Shown here: one piece after another, positions 25,922 to 32,000 of the stretch
Position numbering within the stretch: the stretch's first letter is position 1
How the letters are laid out: the number at the start of each line of letters is the position of its first letter
NCBI GenBank assembly: GCA_002494495.1
Contig: DACB01000006.1
Span: 56,951-88,950, forward strand
Direction: 5' to 3'
Length of the DNA: 32,000 bases
Source of the DNA: Methanobacterium sp. UBA294
GTDB lineage: Archaea; Methanobacteriota; Methanobacteria; Methanobacteriales; Methanobacteriaceae
Program-made: the position numbers and the translations under genes
Notes under the pieces: generated by a model
What the model was told of the DNA's origin: nothing
The model's input: only the letters and a program-made list of their open reading frames with translations
Database searches by the model: none

Positions 25922-26575
25922 ATGTACATTGTAATAATGGGTGGGGGAAGAGTCGGTCTAAATTTATCGAACTTCCTAATTTCTGATGGGCATGATGTTA
26001 CACTGATTGAAAGTGACAATGAGCTATGCAACAATGCGGCTGCTGAATTGGATGCCCTTGTAATTTGTGGTAACGGTACCGACACAAAAATACTTGAAGA
26101 AGCAAATATTAATGATGCAGATGTTTTTGTAGCGGCCACTGGTCATGATGAAACCAATCTACTTGCATGCGTATTGGTAAGGGATTATAACATCGATAAA
26201 ATTATATCCCGGGTAAGTGACCCCAGTCATTCCCACGCATTTAAAAAAATCGGTGTAGAGCACGTTATAAGTCCGGAACTTACCGCTGCCAGTTACCTGG
26301 AAAAACTTATTATAAGGCCAAAAATTGCTGATTTAGTTATTTTAGGTAGGGGAGATGCAGAATTACTGGACATGACACTGGAAAATAAGGAAGTTATAGG
26401 TAAAAGGGTGGGGGATATAAGTCCTACTGAAAACTTCATAATTGTGGCTATATACGAAAATGGTAAGATTACTATTCCCAGTACTGATTTAATTCTTAAA
26501 CAGGGGATGAAGGTTTCTGTCCTGGTTAAATCCAAATATGCCCGGACTCTTTTGAAACGATTCACCAAGAGTTGA
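25922..26575 (+). CDS. trkA: TrkA/RCK-type regulatory protein (TrkA-N NAD-binding + TrkA-C)
   Basis: Rossmann N-terminus [32 protein letters not shown]. The C-terminal RCK_C-like half reads GKRVGDI...[20 protein letters not shown] lies upstream. Confidence 0.9.
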   Translation: MYIVIMGGGRVGLNLSNFLISDGHDVTLIESDNELCNNAAAELDALVICGNGTDTKILEEANINDADVFVAATGHDETNLLACVLVRDYNIDKIISRVSDPSHSHAFKKIGVEHVISPELTAASYLEKLIIRPKIADLVILGRGDAELLDMTLENKEVIGKRVGDISPTENFIIVAIYENGKITIPSTDLILKQGMKVSVLVKSKYARTLLKRFTKS

Positions 26576-26693
26576 TTTTGTTCATTTAAATCTTTTGTTC
26601 ATTAAATTCCTAAAAGAATTATTTTACAGTAATTTAAATATTATATTCAACTAGAATGATTTCCAGAATAATTAATTCAGATGGTTAAAAAGT

Positions 26694-26727
26694 AACTATT
26701 TTTCTATTAAAACTATTTTTCTATTAA
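26694..26727. repeat. exact 17-bp tandem duplication AACTATTTTTCTATTAA x2 spanning the cobQ stop codon
   Basis: Copies at 26694-26710 and 26711-26727. On the minus strand the unit encodes ...LIEK-stop, so the gene's last codons plus stop are duplicated just downstream. Confidence 0.85.
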
Positions 26728-28245
26728 ATCTTCAATAAAACTCATTTTAACGTTTTCTTCAAATATATCTGCCAATCGATTGATGGAGAACTTTTTTATA
26801 TCTTCAAAGTCGTCATTAGAGTATCCCAGTTCATCAAGGCCCTTCTCCTTCCTGAGATAGTCGGTGAAAAATCTCCTGAAATCGAAGTTATGGAAAACAC
26901 CATGGAAGTAGGTGCCTGCAACCTGGCCATCTATTGCACCGTCATATCCTGAACCTGGATAATTGCCACAGCCTTTTATAATTTTAAACAGAGGTTTAAC
27001 ATCATTTAAGATGGTGGTACCTTCATGCAATTCGTAGCCATCCACCAGGTTTCCTTTTAAATTTTTGAACATTCCATAACCCAGCAGTTGGCCCTGACTA
27101 TTTGTTATTATTTTATCTATTTTACCAAAGCTAGTTTTCATATCCAGAAGTCCAATCCCGTCTACGGAGCCATATTTGGATTCTTTGAGGGATTCATCTG
27201 AAATTTTAGTTCCCATCATCTGGTAACCGCCGCAAAGACCAAAGACAGGAATCTCCTTTGAGATATTACGGATATCATCCATGAAACCAGCTTCCTTCAT
27301 GGCTACCATGTCGCTGATGGTATTTCTGGTTCCGGGGAGTATAATGGCATCAACCTTCCCTATATCATTCCCCAGTTCAATGAGTTCAATCCCAATATCA
27401 GGTTCATATTCCAACGGATCTATATCGGTGAAGTTTGCTATACGTGGGAAGCGCATTAACCCCACTTTGATCTTCTCATTCTTGTTAAATTTATGCTCTG
27501 ATAGAGAGGCAGAGTCTTCCTCTGGGAGTTTAAGACTTTCATCATAGGGAATTACACCAAGAACAGGTACTCCAACAATCTCTTCAATCTGCTCTATACC
27601 CGGCATCAGTATGTTCAGGTTACCACGGAATTTATTTATTATTATTCCTTTTATCCTTTTTCGGTCTTCTTCCGGTAGCAGAGCGAAAGTACCGGCGATT
27701 GAGGCGAAGACACCGCCCCGATCAATATCTGCAACTAATAACACATTCGCATCCGCCATCTGCGCTATCTTCATGTTGGCCATATCCACATCCAGCATAT
27801 TAATCTCAGCCGGAGAACCCGCCCCTTCAATTATAATTACTTCATATTTATCCTTCAGATAATCAAGGGAAGATTGAATGGCCTTAAGGGCTTCATTGCG
27901 GAAATTGTTCTGGTAGTGATAAAAATTCATATCCCCAGCGGGTTTACCATGAACTATTACCTGGGAGATGAAATCTTCCTTGGGTTTTAGAAGAATGGGG
28001 TTCATATGATAAGATGGTTCCAGACCGGCTGCTTCAGCCTGAAGAACCTGAGCAATGGATATTTCTCTATTTTCATAGGTTATGAATGAGTTGAGGGACA
28101 TGTTCTGTGATTTAAAAGGAACAACCTGATAGCCTTTCTTAGAAAATATCCTGCATAATGCAGCTACAACTACGCTCTTTCCTGCGTTTGATGAGGTTCC
28201 CTGAACCATGATACATTTTTTTTTATTAGACGGCAAACAGTCCAC
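26713..28245 (-). CDS. cobQ: cobyric acid synthase (CobQ/CbiP)
   Basis: The N-terminal dethiobiotin-synthetase-like P-loop is MVQGTSSNAGKSVV. The C-terminal type-1 glutamine amidotransferase domain has GLCGGYQMMG (nucleophile Cys) and YFHGVF. 28245 is a GTG start. The ATG at 28209 (MVQGT...) is an equally plausible start. Confidence 0.9.
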   Translation of the reverse strand: MDCLPSNKKKCIMVQGTSSNAGKSVVVAALCRIFSKKGYQVVPFKSQNMSLNSFITYENREISIAQVLQAEAAGLEPSYHMNPILLKPKEDFISQVIVHGKPAGDMNFYHYQNNFRNEALKAIQSSLDYLKDKYEVIIIEGAGSPAEINMLDVDMANMKIAQMADANVLLVADIDRGGVFASIAGTFALLPEEDRKRIKGIIINKFRGNLNILMPGIEQIEEIVGVPVLGVIPYDESLKLPEEDSASLSEHKFNKNEKIKVGLMRFPRIANFTDIDPLEYEPDIGIELIELGNDIGKVDAIILPGTRNTISDMVAMKEAGFMDDIRNISKEIPVFGLCGGYQMMGTKISDESLKESKYGSVDGIGLLDMKTSFGKIDKIITNSQGQLLGYGMFKNLKGNLVDGYELHEGTTILNDVKPLFKIIKGCGNYPGSGYDGAIDGQVAGTYFHGVFHNFDFRRFFTDYLRKEKGLDELGYSNDDFEDIKKFSINRLADIFEENVKMSFIEDLIEK

Positions 28246-28404
28246 TCCAATTGTTCTAAAATAATTTTTATAGAAGAGATATTGATCTTTTACACTTTTA
28301 ATATTAACTCAGTTTTTAGAAAAAATTTTTTTTCATAATAATAATATATACTAAGAAGGAGAATATAATTTAATTAAATAATAATATATAAATAAAGGAT
28401 GTTG

Positions 28405-28545
28405 CTTTAATAAAAATTTACTAAAAGAAGATATTTATAATAACCCATCTTAATATTACAAAAACTTACTAAAAGAAAACATTATATATAGCAATTCCCT
28501 ATCTTAATATTACAAAAATTAACTAAAATCAAATATTCATATATT
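28405..28545. repeat. three reiterations of a ~30-bp A/T-rich module (48- and 54-bp spacing) upstream of lon
   Basis: Modules: AAAAATTTACTAAAAGAAGATATTTATAA (28412-28440), AAAAACTTACTAAAAGAAAACATTATATA (from 28460), and AAAAATTAACTAAAATCAAATATTCATATA (from 28514). The last two copies are each preceded by the exact 18-mer ATCTTAATATTACAAAAA (28447-28464 and 28501-28518). Confidence 0.85.
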
Positions 28546-28627
28546 GATATCACTAATAAATAGTTTAAATAAATTAACACATTGATTTTTTATTTTTGGT
28601 GTAAAATAAAGGAGGTTGTCATAGTAA

Positions 28628-30535
28628 ATGGCAAATTTAAATTCAAATTCAACTAAATCATTAAAAGAAACTTTTAATGCACGATCTTATAAAGATTCAG
28701 GGGAAATCGATGTCCCAGATAAAATAATAGATCAGATCATTGGTCAGGAAGAAGCTGTAGAAACCATTAAGAAAGCAGCTAAGCAGAGAAGAAACGTTCT
28801 TTTGATTGGTGAACCTGGAATAGGTAAGTCAATGTTAGCTAAGGGGATGGCAGAACTTTTACCCCCTGAAGAGCTTCAGGATATTCTGGTTTATCCCAAT
28901 ATTGAAGATAATCACAATCCTTTAATAGGAGCCATGCCTGCTGGTGAAGCTAAAAAAGTAGTAACCAACTATAAGGTTAAAGCCAAAGCATCAGAAGAAA
29001 GAAAAAATATGATGATGATGGTCATCATCGCACTTATCTTAATTGTAGGATTCTATCTGAAACAATATTTAGCAGCAATAATCGCCGCAGGAATTGTCTT
29101 ATTAGTTATAATGCAGATGAAACCAAAATCCGCGGTTATGGTGCCCAAGTTATTAATTAACAATGACAATCACAAAACAGCACCATTTATAGATGCCACC
29201 GGTGCACATGCCGGTGCCCTCTTGGGCGATGTAAGGCACGACCCCTATCAGTCCGGAGGACTGGGAACACCTGCCCATGAAAGAGTGGAATCTGGTATGA
29301 TACACAAAGCCAATAAAGGAGTGCTTTATATAGATGAAATAGGTACCTTGAAGATGAAATCCCAGCAGGAACTTTTAACTGCTATGCAGGAGAAAAAATA
29401 TTCTATCACCGGTCAAAGTGAGACCAGCAGTGGAGCTATGGTAAGAACCCAGGAAGTACCATGTGATTTTGTACTGGTAGCTTCTGGAAACATGCAGGTC
29501 CTGGAAGGAATGCACATAGCACTGCGATCCAGGATAAGAGGTTACGGTTATGAAGTATTTATGAAAGATACCATGCCTGACACACCTGAAAACAGGGATA
29601 AGCTGGTACAATTCGTAGCTCAAGAAGTTAAAATGGATGGAAGGATCCCTCACTTCAACCGAGAAGCTATTTCAGAGATTATCAGGGAAGCCCAGAGGAG
29701 AGCTGGTAAAAAGGATTCATTAACACTACGATTAAGGGACCTGGGCGGTCTAGTAAGAGCTGCTGGGGATATAGCCAAGGGTGAAAAGGCAGAAGTAGTA
29801 ACATTAGAACATGTTATAAGTGCCAAAAAGCTCGCCAGGACACTGGAACAACAGATAGCAGACCGATACATTGTTCAACGTAAGAAATACCGTGTATTTA
29901 AATCTGAAGGTACCGAGGTTGGCCGTGTGAATGGTCTGGCTATAGTCGGTGACCGTAGTGGAATAATCTTACCCATAGCTGCCGAAGCAGCCCCTGCTCA
30001 GAGTAGCATGGAAGGTAAAATCATAGCCACAGGTAAACTAGGTGATATAGCCAAGGAGGCAGTGACTAACGTCAGTGCTCTTATTAAGAAAAACACCGGT
30101 ACCAACATATCAAACCACGACATACACATTCAGTTCCTGCAAGCCTACGAAGGAGTGGAAGGTGATAGTGCCAGTGTCTCAGTTGCAACTGCGGTAGTAT
30201 CTGCCCTGGAAAACATCCCTGTAGATCAGTCAGTCGCTCTAACTGGTTCTCTAAGTGTAAGGGGAGATGTTCTCCCAGTAGGGGGAGTTACTGGTAAAAT
30301 TGAAGCAGCTGCAGAATCGGGTATCACCAAGGTACTGATTCCAAGATCCAACCTAGAAGACGTTTTCATAGAGGACAGATACCGTAAGAAAATAGAGATC
30401 ATACCCGTGGATAATCTAAGCGATGTGCTGGAACATGCACTGATAGGTAAAGGTAAAAAAGGCCTGCTCCAGAAGATGCGTAAAATCACGGATATTGTAC
30501 CCACAGGTATACTACAGAACCCAACCACAAATTAA
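28628..30535 (+). CDS. lon: archaeal membrane-bound Lon protease (LonB)
   Basis: 635 aa. It has Walker [11 protein letters not shown], two TM helices inserted after it ([16 protein letters not shown]...[14 protein letters not shown]), Walker B VLYIDEIG, and a protease domain with catalytic Ser in EGDSASV and Lys in VTGKIEAA. Confidence 0.95.
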   Translation: MANLNSNSTKSLKETFNARSYKDSGEIDVPDKIIDQIIGQEEAVETIKKAAKQRRNVLLIGEPGIGKSMLAKGMAELLPPEELQDILVYPNIEDNHNPLIGAMPAGEAKKVVTNYKVKAKASEERKNMMMMVIIALILIVGFYLKQYLAAIIAAGIVLLVIMQMKPKSAVMVPKLLINNDNHKTAPFIDATGAHAGALLGDVRHDPYQSGGLGTPAHERVESGMIHKANKGVLYIDEIGTLKMKSQQELLTAMQEKKYSITGQSETSSGAMVRTQEVPCDFVLVASGNMQVLEGMHIALRSRIRGYGYEVFMKDTMPDTPENRDKLVQFVAQEVKMDGRIPHFNREAISEIIREAQRRAGKKDSLTLRLRDLGGLVRAAGDIAKGEKAEVVTLEHVISAKKLARTLEQQIADRYIVQRKKYRVFKSEGTEVGRVNGLAIVGDRSGIILPIAAEAAPAQSSMEGKIIATGKLGDIAKEAVTNVSALIKKNTGTNISNHDIHIQFLQAYEGVEGDSASVSVATAVVSALENIPVDQSVALTGSLSVRGDVLPVGGVTGKIEAAAESGITKVLIPRSNLEDVFIEDRYRKKIEIIPVDNLSDVLEHALIGKGKKGLLQKMRKITDIVPTGILQNPTTN

Positions 30536-30557
30536 GGAGAAACTTATTTATTTCTCC
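30536..30557 (+). terminator. hairpin directly after the lon stop codon
   Basis: GGAGAAA (30536-30542) / TTTCTCC (30551-30557) with an 8-nt loop, followed by a T-rich stretch ATTAAAATTTTTA. Confidence 0.4.
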
Positions 30558-30618
30558 ATTAAAATTTTTATAAAAACTAATTTTGAACTATTTATTTTAG
30601 TTAAAGGAAGAAAATAAC

Positions 30619-32000
30619 ATGGAAAAACTAAATTTTAAGGATATAATATCTAAGCCAATGGTGAAGGCTGTATTAGATATGGGTTTTGAAGAAGCAACAC
30701 CCATTCAATCCCTGGCAATACCGTACATCATGGAAGGCAGAGATGTGATAGGCCAGGCACAGACTGGAACAGGTAAAACAGCAGCATTTGGAATTCCTAT
30801 ATTGGAGAAGATCGATCCCAAGTTTAAGGAACTACAAGCTATAATACTATGCCCTACCAGGGAATTAGCCATTCAGGTGGCAGAGGAACTGAAAAAACTC
30901 TCTAAATACCTGAAAAACATACGTGTATTACCAATATACGGTGGCCAGCCTATAGAAAGACAGATTAAAGCACTGGATAAAGGCGTGCAGATAGTGATAG
31001 GCACACCTGGCCGGGTTATGGATCATATGGGTAGAGGTACCCTGGATATGAGCACTGTCAGAATTATTGTACTGGATGAAGCCGATGAAATGTTAGACAT
31101 GGGTTTTAGAGATGATATTGAATTCGTTTTAAGAGATATGCCTGATGAAAGGCAGATGTTACTATTTTCAGCTACAATGTCCAGAGAAATACTTAGATTA
31201 ACAAAGAAATACCAGGTGAATCCTGAATTTTTAAAGATTGTTCCAAAGGAACTCACAGTTCCCGAAACCCAGCAGATATACTTCGAAGTTACGGAGAAGA
31301 TGAAACTGGAATTACTATCTCGGTTACTGGACATACATAACCCAAACTTATCCCTGGTGTTCTGTAACACCAAAAGACGAGTCGATCGTTTGGTAAGCCA
31401 CTTGCAGGTAAGGGGATATTTGGCCGATGGTCTGCATGGTGACCTGACCCAGAAACAGAGGGACCGGGTGATGAACAAGTTCCGTAAGGGAACAATCGAT
31501 GTGCTGGTTGCTACAGATGTTGCTGCCAGGGGAATCGATGTTGATGATATAGAAATAGTCTTTAACTACGATGTACCAAACGATGATGAATACTATGTTC
31601 ATCGTATCGGCCGGACGGGTAGGGCTGGTAAAAATGGTAAAGCATTTACATTCGTATCTGGTAAGGAAATCTACAGGCTGAGGGATATACAAAGGTATAC
31701 AAAAACCAGTATAGAACAGCAGGAGATACCCACGTTACACCACGTCCAGGAGATGAAGACCGATCAATTCATCAAGAAGCTTAAAAATGTCATAAACACC
31801 GAGGATTTGGAAAAACAGATACTCATAGTTGAACGGTTGATACAGGAAGATTACACTTCCTTGGAAACAGCTGCGGCCCTCATGAAGATGGCCATGACTG
31901 AGGAAAATACAGATGATGAATCTGATAACGGATTTGGGAATACTGGTGCTAGTCCGGGTATGGTCCGCTTCTTCCTGAATATTGGACGCAAGGACCGAAT
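30619..32000 (+). CDS. DEAD-box ATP-dependent RNA helicase (DeaD/CshA-like), 3'-truncated by the window edge
   Basis: This gene is not in the ORF track because there is no stop inside the window; I translated it myself. Motifs: Q motif (FEEATPIQ), motif I AQTGTGKT, PTRELA, DEAD (VLDEADEM), SAT, and HRIGRTGRAG. The end, VRFFLNIGRKD, looks like the start of a DbpA-type RNA-binding domain. Confidence 0.9.
   Translation, partial: MEKLNFKDIISKPMVKAVLDMGFEEATPIQSLAIPYIMEGRDVIGQAQTGTGKTAAFGIPILEKIDPKFKELQAIILCPTRELAIQVAEELKKLSKYLKNIRVLPIYGGQPIERQIKALDKGVQIVIGTPGRVMDHMGRGTLDMSTVRIIVLDEADEMLDMGFRDDIEFVLRDMPDERQMLLFSATMSREILRLTKKYQVNPEFLKIVPKELTVPETQQIYFEVTEKMKLELLSRLLDIHNPNLSLVFCNTKRRVDRLVSHLQVRGYLADGLHGDLTQKQRDRVMNKFRKGTIDVLVATDVAARGIDVDDIEIVFNYDVPNDDEYYVHRIGRTGRAGKNGKAFTFVSGKEIYRLRDIQRYTKTSIEQQEIPTLHHVQEMKTDQFIKKLKNVINTEDLEKQILIVERLIQEDYTSLETAAALMKMAMTEENTDDESDNGFGNTGASPGMVRFFLNIGRKDR

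Noticed and set aside
28246-28400. Cobalamin-type riboswitch in the cobQ 5' region.
   Set aside because: The sequence is almost pure A/T with no B12-box-like conserved core or stable helices. Such riboswitches are also not an established feature of archaeal cob genes.
28405-28545. Possible CRISPR-like array, given regularly spaced repeats upstream of lon.
   Set aside because: There are only two exact and one degenerate copy. The inter-repeat segments are themselves similar to one another and A/T-only, and no cas genes are present. It fits reiterated promoter or operator DNA, not CRISPR.
31023-31692. Three overlapping minus-strand ORFs (151, 68 and 114 aa) at the window end.
   Set aside because: The plus strand here encodes a DEAD-box helicase with every canonical motif (AQTGTGKT, DEAD, SAT, HRIGRTGRAG). 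It is absent from the track only because it has no in-window stop. The minus ORFs are shadows.

Overview
AT-rich archaeal chromosomal segment, about one-third G+C by eye (not computed). It most likely comes from a pseudomurein-walled methanogen of the Methanobacteriales type. All calls rest on motif reading of the supplied ORF translations; no database search was possible.

Archaeal hallmark genes:
- Proteasome-activating nucleotidase PAN (4267-5496).
- MBF1 (5629-6093).
- Membrane-bound LonB (28628-30535).
- An NCX_Mj-like Ca2+/Na+ exchanger.

Central block (minus strand, 8.4-18.1 kb) is a pseudomurein-type cell-wall cluster:
- ATP-grasp ligase, then an MraY-like transferase, then three Mur-ligase paralogs.
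- One ligase carries a Cys4 zinc-ribbon insertion.
- The cluster is interrupted by a soluble two-HKD phospholipase-D-family protein. This gene sits between 412-bp and 577-bp non-coding gaps, and the larger gap holds a start-less gene remnant.
- Downstream on the same strand is a tightly coupled trio of uncharacterised membrane or exported proteins (6104-8158). The first has an FtsQ/POTRA-like layout. I consider this trio plus the PLD gene the best candidates for undescribed biology here.

Other content:
- LemA/DUF2207/lipoprotein module.
- nikR next to a PRMT-like methyltransferase whose gene overlaps a Ni-dependent hydrogenase maturation protease gene.
- CBS-pair protein.
- Two tRNA-Gly genes separated by 2 nt.
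- A USP / DASS-type permease / USP / TrkA block.
- cobQ.
- A 3'-truncated DEAD-box helicase that is missing from the ORF track because it runs off the window.

Several short exact direct repeats lie in promoter regions. I saw no CRISPR array, transposase, integrase or rRNA.
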